The translations under genes were made by a program, and so were the position numbers. A stretch of DNA of 32,000 nucleotides, taken from positions 2,638,987 to 2,670,986 of the forward strand of contig CP182108.1 of assembly GCA_048013405.1 (NCBI GenBank), read 5' to 3'. The notes under the pieces were generated by a model that was given only the letters and a program-made list of their open reading frames with translations, was not told the DNA's origin and made no database searches. Origin of the DNA: Halomonadaceae bacterium KBTZ08. Its GTDB lineage: Bacteria > Pseudomonadota > Gammaproteobacteria > Pseudomonadales > Oleiphilaceae. This document shows, piece after piece, positions 19,110 to 27,940 of this stretch (position 1 is the stretch's first letter; every line of letters starts with the position of its first letter).

Positions 19110-20132
19110 TTAAAGCTCCTGTGATGGGGTTGAGCTGGTGTTTTGGGTTTCTGCAAAGTCGTTCTGAAGTTGGTAAAGACCTGTTTCGGGGTCTGTCTCG
19201 GGATACCAGAGCATGTCCGCTGGCGTTCTCAATCGATGGGGACTCACCCATTGCCCGATTGAGAACAGGCTTTCAACAAACCGGAATGGGACGGAGGCGT
19301 CCCGGCAGTTGTTGACCTGTCCCTCTCCAAGAGTTTCCGTCAGTGCCCCGAATCCGACCGGTATGGGAACAAACCAGCCAGGGCGGGACGGGCGCCGTAC
19401 CTGCCATTCGGTGTCGTTCTGGGTTTCCTCGCCTGCGCCAGCACTATCGGAGTTCGTGGCCTGGATGTTCAGCCGGGAGAGGTCCAGCCAGGCATCCAGA
19501 AGCGAGGTTTCCGGATCATGCTGGCGGCGTTCGTGCCAGTGCTCGTGCAGAAGATCGTTGCGCAGCACGAGGGAGAACCCTGGCAGCAGCTTGTAGGTCA
19601 GTTGGCGGAATTGGCTCTGCGCCTCGTTTGTATCGTCGCTCAGCGCCACTAGAGAGGAGTGGGTGCGTCGGCCGGGCGCGTTGGTTGTGGGGGCATCGGG
19701 TAGCACGGTTCCGCCGGCTACCCGCATATCGCCGAGCATCTCACGAACGGCCTGGGCCGTTGAGTCCTTCTCCGCATCGGGGGCGTCACAAAGCGCCCCG
19801 AAAACCGAAAACACAAGACTGATGTCCAGGTGGATGCGGCCTTCTTCAACAATAGCGGCTGTCTCACCCTTATGGTTGACCGGGTTGCGGGTCAGGTGAA
19901 GGGCATTGACGTAACCGGACTGCGAGGCCTGGGCCTCATGGCGGTGGCAGACCACGCCCACACCATTAAAGTAGAGGTCCATGCCGGCGGCCTGGATCTG
20001 TCTTTCCAGGGCATGCATGAGGCCCACGAATGCCGTCATGGCAGGGAAGCCCCAGGTCATGGGCCCGGAAATGGCATTGGCGTTCTGCACCCTGATGCGG
20101 GGCAGCACCAGTAGGGCTTGCGCGTCAGACAT
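19110..20132 (-). CDS. csy2: Type I-F Cascade subunit Csy2 (Cas5f)
   Basis: 340 aa. MSDAQALLVLPRIRVQNANAISGPMTWGFPAMTAFVGLMHALERQ is a typical Csy2 N-terminus. It overlaps the csy1 end by 8 nt. Confidence 0.9.
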   Translation of the reverse strand: MSDAQALLVLPRIRVQNANAISGPMTWGFPAMTAFVGLMHALERQIQAAGMDLYFNGVGVVCHRHEAQASQSGYVNALHLTRNPVNHKGETAAIVEEGRIHLDISLVFSVFGALCDAPDAEKDSTAQAVREMLGDMRVAGGTVLPDAPTTNAPGRRTHSSLVALSDDTNEAQSQFRQLTYKLLPGFSLVLRNDLLHEHWHERRQHDPETSLLDAWLDLSRLNIQATNSDSAGAGEETQNDTEWQVRRPSRPGWFVPIPVGFGALTETLGEGQVNNCRDASVPFRFVESLFSIGQWVSPHRLRTPADMLWYPETDPETGLYQLQNDFAETQNTSSTPSQEL

Positions 20133-21423
20133 GGGGAAGCACCTCCTGCAGTTCGTCCAGTCTTTCCTTCAGTTGCTTGGACCAGTGGTCGTACTCGGTA
20201 TCCGAAACGGGAAGGGCGGCTTCAAGGCTGCCGTTGAGCCAGGCGGCGAATGTCTGGCGAATGTGGAGTGGCCAGTCGATGGTCGCGTGGTTGTCGGCAA
20301 ATGCCTCGTCGACCCGTGTGCGGTCCGGATCGAGCCAGTGGGCTTCCGCCTCAGGGAGGTCGCACTCCTCATGGCGGCTCCAGCCAGGCTCCGCCGAGTG
20401 GAGTTCGCTGGTGAAGAGGATCAGCTCATCGATCAATGCATGGATGAATTCGTCCCGGTGTTCCCGGGTAGCGGCGGTGGGTTTAGGGTCCGACTTGAGA
20501 AACGCCCTGAGGTCCCTCACAAGCTCTCGGGTCGTGGTTCGTTTCCCGAAAATCTTGAATGCGGAGGCGACCCGCAGGGGGAGGCGAGCATCCGGGGAAT
20601 GCCATGTTGGCGGAAGCGATCTCAGCAGGTAGTTGACGCCTCCACGTTCGCTGTTGAGCTGGGAGATATTCTGCGGTTTGGAACCGCCGAATTTCTGGAT
20701 GGCGAGATCGGGGTAAAAGCGGACCTCGGTATCGGAATACGCTCCGTTCCGGCGGGCTTGGCGAGCTGCTTTGGCGCTTTCCCCGAAACGGTCCTCGTTG
20801 ATGGTCCGGTACACATCATGGGCCAAGGAGGTGGCGTAAAGCGGGGCCAGCAAATGGAACTGGGAGTCGTCGCTCGGGTCATCTCCCGTCAGCCAGTAGA
20901 ACTGTTTGGCTCTGGTGTGGGAAGCGTAGGTGCCTGCGGGCTCCGTGATGCCGGCAAAGGCACTGACCCATTCCAGGGCTAGCTCCCGATCCTCACTCAG
21001 CGCGGCGATCAGTTCCGGGTCTTGGCGCAGGGCGCGTTCAAGCAATGACTCACCATTGAGCTCAATACGGAGAAACTTATAAACGTCCAATTGGGCGGCG
21101 TTGCCCACCACATCAGGGCTGAAGTTCGTTTTCAGGAGGTGGCTTCCCACAAAGGGATGATCTGGAAGCTGCTCTGGGGGGGCGTACAGATTGGTCCCTT
21201 TGGCGTCGGGGTGGATGGGCTTGAGGGAATGGGTGACGACCTGGAGCTGATTGACGCGTTTTGCCGCCTGTTCGAGCCAGGTGCTGAATTGGTGTTGCTG
21301 CGCCAGGGCGTTCCGTTTGTCGGGGTCGCTCTGGGTTTTGAGTTTGGTTTCCAGGCGCGCGTTGATGAAAGAGTTTATGAGCTCCCTCAGTTGAGACGCC
21401 TCTTCCGATACAGTGTTTTCCAT
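20125..21423 (-). CDS. csy1: Type I-F Cascade large subunit Csy1 (Cas8f)
   Basis: 432 aa, located between cas2-3 and csy2. The Csy1-like N-terminal region reads ..FINARLETKLK...QLQVVTHSLKPIHPDAKGTNLY... Confidence 0.88.
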   Translation of the reverse strand: MENTVSEEASQLRELINSFINARLETKLKTQSDPDKRNALAQQHQFSTWLEQAAKRVNQLQVVTHSLKPIHPDAKGTNLYAPPEQLPDHPFVGSHLLKTNFSPDVVGNAAQLDVYKFLRIELNGESLLERALRQDPELIAALSEDRELALEWVSAFAGITEPAGTYASHTRAKQFYWLTGDDPSDDSQFHLLAPLYATSLAHDVYRTINEDRFGESAKAARQARRNGAYSDTEVRFYPDLAIQKFGGSKPQNISQLNSERGGVNYLLRSLPPTWHSPDARLPLRVASAFKIFGKRTTTRELVRDLRAFLKSDPKPTAATREHRDEFIHALIDELILFTSELHSAEPGWSRHEECDLPEAEAHWLDPDRTRVDEAFADNHATIDWPLHIRQTFAAWLNGSLEAALPVSDTEYDHWSKQLKERLDELQEVLPHV

Positions 21424-21444
21424 AATCGCCTCGTAGTGTCCGGC

Positions 21445-24400
21445 TTAATCCTGGTTTGAAAAGCCAATCAGTGGGTTGAAGCGCCAACCTTGATCATTGT
21501 TCCGAAGGCTCAGCTTTCCAAACTTCGCGGCGCATTCCATTAAGTCCATCTCCATGTTGTCAGCAAGTTGGTTTAATAGTGTCATATAATCCGTTTCAAC
21601 CCAGGGCCCTATGGCAGTCTCCTGGGGAGAATTAAGCGTGATTCGATGGAGCTTACTTTTTTCCACCTGGCGGTAGATGGTCTCCCCTCGCTTCTCGCCG
21701 TTCGCTATTTCGTGCAACACGAAATCCTCTTCCGTCTCGTCAGGCAAAAGGACGAGCTCGGACTCTTGAGCCGTTCTTTCACGGAATGGCTTCCACTGCT
21801 GAAGGACGCCGGTCAGGTGGGCGTAAGGCAGATAGTGGAAGCTGTAAGCGCCCAGAACCGGTTCGCTGCGGCGCTTCGCCTTTTGGCGTGGTGACAGCGC
21901 CTGGCCGCTGTCAGTGTCTTGCGAAGATTGGCCGTCTGGCATTTCCGGTGCCACGAGCAGCTCTTCCAAACGGGCGTGTTCCAGGTCACAAAGATTGCCT
22001 TGGGGGTCCAGTTTCGGCCGTCTTAGAAGGCGCGGTCGCGAGTCGATCACCTCGTATTCGTCTGGGGTCAGCACGTCGCTGAGTGAGTGGCTGCGGAGTT
22101 GCCATTGGCCGTATCCCTCGAATCCGGGCCGCATGAACGCAGGCTCCGCGGGCCGCTTCAATGCTGCGAGGTTTTTGTCCAGAAGGAAAACGTTGGGCTG
22201 TTCCGGCGTGATGGTGCGATGGCGCACAACACGGCCGGCAAGCTGGATGATGGAGCGCATGGAAGAGGGTTCCACGATGGCCCAGTCATAGTCGTGATCC
22301 CGCCCCACCTCGGTCACCGGCGAGCCCAGCACGATAAAGAGCTGGTCCGGTTCCGGGTGGCTATCCAGCTGGCCCCGGATTTCTGGTAGCTCGAAAACAG
22401 CCTTTTCATCCGAACGGCTAAGCGCACGATCAAGATGATGCTCGATCGCGGAACGCACCAGCAGTGGGAACTGCGAATGGTAGACGCACAGGTGGATGCG
22501 CGTACCGGTGACGCCTTCCAGAGCGTACATGGCCTCGGCGACCTGGATCAGCGGATCAATGTTGGCCATGCGGATGAGGCCGAAACTGACACGTTTGCCC
22601 GTCTTGGGGTCCTCCGTATGATGCCGGCCGTGCAGGGTTTGGCTGTGTTCCAGGAATTGCTTGGCCAGGCTGCTGGGGATTTCCGTTTTGTGCACGCCTT
22701 CGGGCAGGTTGTTGATGAGGGCGCCACGACGCCTTACAGCATGCTGGCTGAGTTTCCGGGTTCGCTGGTGGGCGAACTCGGCATGCGCTTCCCCGAACGC
22801 TTGTTTGGAGTCGCAATTGTGATGAGTGCGCTGATGTTCATCGAACCAGGCACAGCAGACGTTAGCGGGGCGGCTGGACTCGCCCCGGTTCTTCTGGTAC
22901 TCCGCGCGCCCGGCGCGGTACGCATCGAAAAGGCCCATTGCCAGGTCCGGGGTTATGGTTGCTGACGAGAGTATGAGCCGGGTGCCAAGAAGGCCGGCCC
23001 AGAATGTTAGCCGGGTCAGCGCATGGAGGTCGTTCAGGGCAAAATCGTCGATTTCGTCGAGTACCAGGTCGCTACTCAGCAGGCGCAGCATGGGAGCAAT
23101 CTGGTGGCCGCTCTTGAGGCTTTCGGTGGCTGGCATGAGGTGGTCGACCGTGCAGCTCAGGATGGGGGCTGAAAGCAGGGAGCGCGTATGCGGATCATCG
23201 GCAACCCGGTTCAAAAGGGGATGGTCATCAATGTTGCCTTCAAAGTAGACATGCGAATCTTCACTCATCAATCCTTGTGAGGAAGCGGACCCAGCCTTCT
23301 CTGCCTGCTCCTCATAATAGTCGTGAAGCACCCGGTTGGCGGCGCCGCCGACCCTGATGGCGAGCTCGTCTTCACCCAGGCCCAGGCGTTGCCGGTACGC
23401 CTGGCCGGTCTGCAGCGTCAGCGTGCGTAACCCCAGGGCAATGGAAAAGCGGGCACCGCGATTGGGATCCGCCAGAGCGTAAAGAATGCGCCCGTTGGCC
23501 AGGGTTTTTCCGCACCCGGTTGAGGCCATGTTGATGCCAAAGAAGCCCTGATCCTGGCTCTTCTGGCGGAGTGATTCCGCAAGGTCAAAGGCGTGGTCCT
23601 GCCAGCGGAAACGGCTGTTGCTGCTGCGCTTCCGGAACCCTTTATGGCGCCCGAGGCGTGGGAGGTAGCGTTCGACACCGGGCAGATTGTGGGCAATTTC
23701 CATAGAGGTCTTCATGACCCCCAGGATGTGCTCGTCCAGTGGTTGATTGAACGCTCCTGTTTTCCTGTCGGTGTTGGCGAAAACCGGGTAATCCGGTTCA
23801 CCCTCGTACCGGTACTGTTTTTCAGTAAGGCTAGAGTAGTGGTGGTCCGCCAGCATCAGCGACAATCTGGTCAGATGCATCAGATAGGCGTTATCAAGGT
23901 AGCCTCCGGAGGGGTGGCGTCGAGCCTGAAGCCGACGGGCTACTTTCGCTGCCTGGTTCTGCCATTTCTCGGTGGTAACAGGGGTTGGATGTTCAAACGC
24001 CCAATAGGGTTTTAGGTCGCTCGGTGACGTGGACTGGGTCCGCTCATTCCACTCAGCGTCAATGATTCCCGGAATGTTACGCAGTTGGCCGGCACGCAGG
24101 CTGTCTGGTTTGGCCCCCCATCTTGACTTATCAGTGGGCATCGCGGGCAGGCGGTGATGGGACAGGATCAGCCATCCAATGGCGGCCGCTAGTGGTGGAA
24201 GGTTGGCGAGCGGGTAGTCTGTCTGTTCCGTAAGGCCATCCTGCTGAAGGCTGTCCATAAACGCCTTGTCGGAGACCGAGTTGGTTGAGGCAAGTCGTTC
24301 AAGCCAGGCTGCGTCATCGTCGCTTCCCACAAATGCTTGGAAGAGCCTCAGAGATATCCATTCATGGCGGATCAGGTTCTTCTGCTGGGCATCGGCACCG

Positions 24401-24813
24401 CCTCGGAGCCGGTTCTGGAAGGCGGCACAGACTTTACCGAGGTCATGCATGAGCGCGGCCATGGCAGCCAGCAGTTTGATGTCCTCGCCGGTATGCCAGT
24501 CGTTCTCATCCATGGAACGACGAATGTCGTGGGTGGTGGTATTGGTGGGCACAGTACCTGTCGCGCTGAATTGGCGGGCATTGCCCACAATCCATAGGAG
24601 CTCACTGTGGTCTTTGCCTCGGATCCAGTGGCAGGCCACGGCTGTGTTCTTTCGGGCTTTTTGTCTGAGCAGTTTGCGCAGGGTGTTCAGGCCTTCCTGG
24701 GTGATCGGTGTCTGCCAGGTGCGTTCACCCTTGCGCTCAGCGAACTGATCGAGGATCCGGCGGGTTTCGGTGAGCGCACGGCCGCTGCACTGGGATACCA
24801 GCAGTATGTTCAT
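21445..24813 (-). CDS. cas3: Type I-F Cas2-Cas3 fusion protein (Cas2/3: Cas2 domain + HD nuclease + SF2 helicase)
   Basis: 1122 aa. N-terminal Cas2-like region MNILLVSQCSGRALTETRRILDQFAERKG.... HD region ..LMHDLGK... Helicase Walker A ..ASTGCGKT.. and DExD-like ..LVLDEIDD... Size and position between cas1 and csy1 are diagnostic for I-F. Confidence 0.93.
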   Translation of the reverse strand: MNILLVSQCSGRALTETRRILDQFAERKGERTWQTPITQEGLNTLRKLLRQKARKNTAVACHWIRGKDHSELLWIVGNARQFSATGTVPTNTTTHDIRRSMDENDWHTGEDIKLLAAMAALMHDLGKVCAAFQNRLRGGADAQQKNLIRHEWISLRLFQAFVGSDDDAAWLERLASTNSVSDKAFMDSLQQDGLTEQTDYPLANLPPLAAAIGWLILSHHRLPAMPTDKSRWGAKPDSLRAGQLRNIPGIIDAEWNERTQSTSPSDLKPYWAFEHPTPVTTEKWQNQAAKVARRLQARRHPSGGYLDNAYLMHLTRLSLMLADHHYSSLTEKQYRYEGEPDYPVFANTDRKTGAFNQPLDEHILGVMKTSMEIAHNLPGVERYLPRLGRHKGFRKRSSNSRFRWQDHAFDLAESLRQKSQDQGFFGINMASTGCGKTLANGRILYALADPNRGARFSIALGLRTLTLQTGQAYRQRLGLGEDELAIRVGGAANRVLHDYYEEQAEKAGSASSQGLMSEDSHVYFEGNIDDHPLLNRVADDPHTRSLLSAPILSCTVDHLMPATESLKSGHQIAPMLRLLSSDLVLDEIDDFALNDLHALTRLTFWAGLLGTRLILSSATITPDLAMGLFDAYRAGRAEYQKNRGESSRPANVCCAWFDEHQRTHHNCDSKQAFGEAHAEFAHQRTRKLSQHAVRRRGALINNLPEGVHKTEIPSSLAKQFLEHSQTLHGRHHTEDPKTGKRVSFGLIRMANIDPLIQVAEAMYALEGVTGTRIHLCVYHSQFPLLVRSAIEHHLDRALSRSDEKAVFELPEIRGQLDSHPEPDQLFIVLGSPVTEVGRDHDYDWAIVEPSSMRSIIQLAGRVVRHRTITPEQPNVFLLDKNLAALKRPAEPAFMRPGFEGYGQWQLRSHSLSDVLTPDEYEVIDSRPRLLRRPKLDPQGNLCDLEHARLEELLVAPEMPDGQSSQDTDSGQALSPRQKAKRRSEPVLGAYSFHYLPYAHLTGVLQQWKPFRERTAQESELVLLPDETEEDFVLHEIANGEKRGETIYRQVEKSKLHRITLNSPQETAIGPWVETDYMTLLNQLADNMEMDLMECAAKFGKLSLRNNDQGWRFNPLIGFSNQD

Positions 24814-25790
24814 GAGCTGGTACCTGCTTTGAGTGTTGCCGGGACGGTTTTAACGGTGTCGATCATGAAATCGAGAGCTTCGTTACGGGATAAGAGCTCA
24901 ATACAGGATTGCCTGAAGTCCTGTTCCTCATCGCCCCGGACCGCTGAGATGAACGCCTGGGGCAGTATCGTGGCGTCCTTGATCAGGTCGGCAATATCGA
25001 ACACCAGTCCGCCGCGCCGCGTCTTGCCATGCAGTACGGACAGCCCGTGTGGCAATCCGAGGACCCAGGCCGCCGTGGCTCCGAGTCCATAGGCGAGGTA
25101 ATTGCCATGGTCGAGGAACCGGTTGGCGGGATCGGTACCGGTTCCGCGCTTGGCCCTGGAGAAATCACCGTAGTTCACTGATGCAGCTGCAAGGCTGAAC
25201 AGCTTCTTGGTGAGTCGCGCTTCTTCGGTAAGAAGGGCTGTATTATCCGGCGCCTGCTTTATGGCGTTTTCGGATTCCTGCAGCAGCGGTTCGAGCTGTT
25301 GCGCTTCAATCCGGAAGTTGTTGTCAGCGAGGAGCCGATTGTTGAGCCATACATCGCGGATGCGCTGCAAGCGGGCTTGTTGGAACAATCGGGCGGCGTT
25401 GAGCCTCTGTTCGTCGTCAAACCAGAAGGCAACCCAGCTCTGAAGGTACTCGGTGGGGCGGTATTCGGATTGGGGCGAGAACCAGGAAACATCGAACTCG
25501 ACTTCGTTCGCACTGAAAAGCGGTGTCCCGCCGCCGCCACAGAAGCCGAGCATGACGCCAGCCTTGGCAAGCTCCCTGACCGCAGCCTGTGTTATGGATG
25601 TTCCGGTTCCCAGCAGAACGGACGAGGTATTTGCGATTGGGATGTTCCAGTAGAGAGATCGCTTGGCCTCATCGGTCACAAAGGCAACACGGCCTCCTTT
25701 CACCAATACACGGCAGTGCTCCAGGAAGTAGATGTTGGCCCGCTTGCTGATCAGGATTGTTTTCAGGTCACTTGGTGAAAGGTCATCCAT
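24810..25790 (-). CDS. cas1: Type I-F CRISPR integrase Cas1
   Basis: ATG at 25790 gives a 326-aa protein, MDDLSPSDLKTILISKRANIYFLEHCRVLVKGGRVAFV..., typical of Cas1f. ATGA-type overlap with cas2-3. The 25922 start in the ORF track adds 44 non-conserved residues and runs into the WYL gene. Confidence 0.92.
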   Translation of the reverse strand: MDDLSPSDLKTILISKRANIYFLEHCRVLVKGGRVAFVTDEAKRSLYWNIPIANTSSVLLGTGTSITQAAVRELAKAGVMLGFCGGGGTPLFSANEVEFDVSWFSPQSEYRPTEYLQSWVAFWFDDEQRLNAARLFQQARLQRIRDVWLNNRLLADNNFRIEAQQLEPLLQESENAIKQAPDNTALLTEEARLTKKLFSLAAASVNYGDFSRAKRGTGTDPANRFLDHGNYLAYGLGATAAWVLGLPHGLSVLHGKTRRGGLVFDIADLIKDATILPQAFISAVRGDEEQDFRQSCIELLSRNEALDFMIDTVKTVPATLKAGTSS

Positions 25791-25878
25791 GGTGTCTGCC
25801 CGTGTTTCCTGATGATTTGAGTATTGTAGTAGGTAGGCTAACAGCGGGCCTGCCCCACATAACGCATCACTGGTGGAA

Positions 25879-26844
25879 TCACCAGTACAAGCCGTGCATG
25901 CGTGAGACCTGGTCCGCAACATCCCGCCTCAATGCCTCGGGACCAATCACTTCCACGTCGGGCCCATAACGGAGAACTTCCATAACCAACTCCGTTGGGT
26001 CCGCGTAGGGTACGTAGAGGTGGAAAAAGCCATCGGCGGTCCATTGGCTCTGCTGGTCCGGGTGCCACAGTTCCTCGGCGCTCCAGCGCGCCGCCCGTGG
26101 TGAGAAGCAAAGATGGGCCGTTTGGCGCGCTTCGCCGGTGAAGATGCCGAAACTGGTGCCAAATTCGGCGTCCAGGGTTTCGGGCGGGCATTCATGGGCG
26201 TTGCTGCTGGTGACGCAAGTGGCGTTGATCCGGTCCAGCGAGAACAGGCGCAGCGCCCCGGTTTCATGGCACCAGCCCAGCAGGTACCAGTTGGAGCGGT
26301 AGTGCAGCAGCCGCTGCGGGCTGATGGTTCGTTCCTGCGTCTGCTCCCGGCTGCGGCTGGTGTAGCGAACATGGAGCTGGAGGCCACGAAGGGTCGCCTC
26401 GGCCACATTGCGGAAGATGGACTCCGGGGCATGGCGGGCCAGGATGGGCTGGATCCGGATGCGTTCGCTCAGGCGCTGGGCCGTGTCGCCGTCGTCGCCC
26501 AGAAGCTCCCGGATGCGGTTCTTGAGCGGGGCCAGGTGCGGCGTCATCAGCCCGGGCTGGACGGCTTCCAGCAGTTGCTCGCTGGCCAGCAGGGCGTGGA
26601 GCTCGCTGGCGTTCATCCAGAAGCCGGGGAGCTCGAAAACCGGTTCCTCGGGGTCGTATTCGTGGCCGTTGTGCTCGCGGTTGTAGGTGATGGGCGCGCG
26701 GAGGATGTCGCGCATGAACTGGAAGTCGCGCGTGATGGTGTTGCGCGAGGCCTCCAGGGATTCCATGAACCGCTGCATCGGCACCGGCGAACGCGCCGAG
26801 CGCAGCATGTCATGGATGCGGTAGATGCGTTCGATCTGGCTCAC
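25879..26844 (-). CDS. HTH-WYL-WCX transcriptional regulator (YafY/CapW/BrxR-like)
   Basis: 321 aa, GTG start at 26844 (AAGGA 6 nt upstream). N-terminal winged-HTH ..MQRFMESLEASRNTITRDFQFMRD... Central WYL domain ..SPQRLLHYRSNWYLLGWCHETGALRLFSLDRI... C-terminal WCX-like ..VPYADPTELVMEVLRYGPDVEVIGPEALR... It lies 88 nt upstream of cas1 on the same strand. Confidence 0.85.
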   Translation of the reverse strand: MSQIERIYRIHDMLRSARSPVPMQRFMESLEASRNTITRDFQFMRDILRAPITYNREHNGHEYDPEEPVFELPGFWMNASELHALLASEQLLEAVQPGLMTPHLAPLKNRIRELLGDDGDTAQRLSERIRIQPILARHAPESIFRNVAEATLRGLQLHVRYTSRSREQTQERTISPQRLLHYRSNWYLLGWCHETGALRLFSLDRINATCVTSSNAHECPPETLDAEFGTSFGIFTGEARQTAHLCFSPRAARWSAEELWHPDQQSQWTADGFFHLYVPYADPTELVMEVLRYGPDVEVIGPEALRRDVADQVSRMHGLYW

Positions 26845-27051
26845 TGGACGTCCTTATGGGGCTGCTTATGCGCCTCTTGAACACCATCTTTAGCACAGGT
26901 TTCTCATGGATTTGAACCAGTGGCAAGGGGGGTAAAGATAAACCGGGCTTAATTGGGCTGGCTTGTCACCATTGACGGGGAAGTTGTAAGCTTTATCCAG
27001 GTTCTGGCAAAAGCCATGGAAACAGGGAATAGAGAAGCAAGGAGCAAGGGA

Positions 27052-27936
27052 ATGGCAGATTTCAGGATTCAGGCCACTGTGGGTCAGGGTGGAGACAACC
27101 GCGCGAATGACTGCAAGCTGATATGCGCCCTCCTCAATGTCTATGCCCGCAAAAAGGGAAAGGACACCGTTGAAATCAAGAAAAAGGCCGACTCGGATGT
27201 CATTACCGCAATAGAGGGGTTTCAGAAAGATCAACTGGGTATGGACAAGCCCGACGGTCGTGTTGACGTCGGTGCTGGCACCTGGCGTGAATTAAACAGG
27301 GTTCTGAAATCCACCCGCACCACAAAGTCGATCACCCCACCCGAAAACGGCGTTATAACCTGGAAAGCGGAAGGCAATGAAGGCGGCCCCTTCCACAGCC
27401 GTATCCTGCACGTCCCAAGTCAGTGGTCTGGCCTGACATTGGGGCGCGGTTACGATATGAAATACCGGGAGAAAGCGGCTATTGTCTCGGCTTTGACGAA
27501 AGTTGGTGTCAATGGAGATAAAGCCAAGCGGATCAGTCACGGTGCGGGTAAAAGTGGCGGGAAGGCGAGACAGGTTATCATTGATCAGGATCTTCTGGAT
27601 TTTGAGATAAGCCCGAAGGGGCAGCTTCAGTTGTTTGAGCAGGTTTACGGTGAGTATGTTGAAAGGGCCAAGCGACTTTCTTTGACGAACAGGTATGCAA
27701 AAAAATATAAGAAAACTGAGTGGGGGAGTCTCAACCCAAAAATAAAGAATGTTCTTGTGGATTTGACGTATCGTGGCGATTATAGGCCGGATACCATGAA
27801 ATTTCTACAGAAGCACGTTTCAAATAATGATTTTAGTAAATTTAAAATAGAATTGGAGAAAAGGGGTAATTGGTCAAACGTGCCAGAAAATCGTTTTCAG
27901 GCACGGGTTTCCTATTTAAATGAAGGTTCAGGGTAG
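27052..27936 (+). CDS. Peptidoglycan-binding-domain protein with a C-terminal pesticin/T4-lysozyme-like (muramidase-type) domain; no signal peptide
   Basis: ATG at 27052 (AAGGAG 7 nt upstream), 294 aa. The N-terminal PG_binding_1-like segment is ..ITAIEGFQKDQLGMDKPDGRVDVGAGTWRELN... The C-terminal segment is ..WKAEGNEGGPFHSRILHVPSQWSGLTLGRGYDM...WGSLNPKIKNVLVDLTYRGDY.., resembling the lysozyme-like E...T-x5-D arrangement of pesticin-family toxins. The assignment is from motif recognition only. Confidence 0.6.
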   Translation: MADFRIQATVGQGGDNRANDCKLICALLNVYARKKGKDTVEIKKKADSDVITAIEGFQKDQLGMDKPDGRVDVGAGTWRELNRVLKSTRTTKSITPPENGVITWKAEGNEGGPFHSRILHVPSQWSGLTLGRGYDMKYREKAAIVSALTKVGVNGDKAKRISHGAGKSGGKARQVIIDQDLLDFEISPKGQLQLFEQVYGEYVERAKRLSLTNRYAKKYKKTEWGSLNPKIKNVLVDLTYRGDYRPDTMKFLQKHVSNNDFSKFKIELEKRGNWSNVPENRFQARVSYLNEGSG

Positions 27937-27940
27937 AGGT

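Noticed and set aside
21445-25790. Looked for extra small genes (anti-CRISPR/aca-like, or cas4/other adaptation genes) within or between the cas genes.
   Set aside because: Gene junctions are tight (overlaps or gaps of 22 nt or less), leaving no room. The locus is a standard six-gene I-F1 layout.
26890-27234. 114-aa minus-strand ORF spanning the divergent intergenic region and the 5' end of the lysozyme-like gene.
   Set aside because: It is antisense to a better-supported gene with a strong RBS. Its Cys/Phe-rich sequence is odd and no start context is visible.
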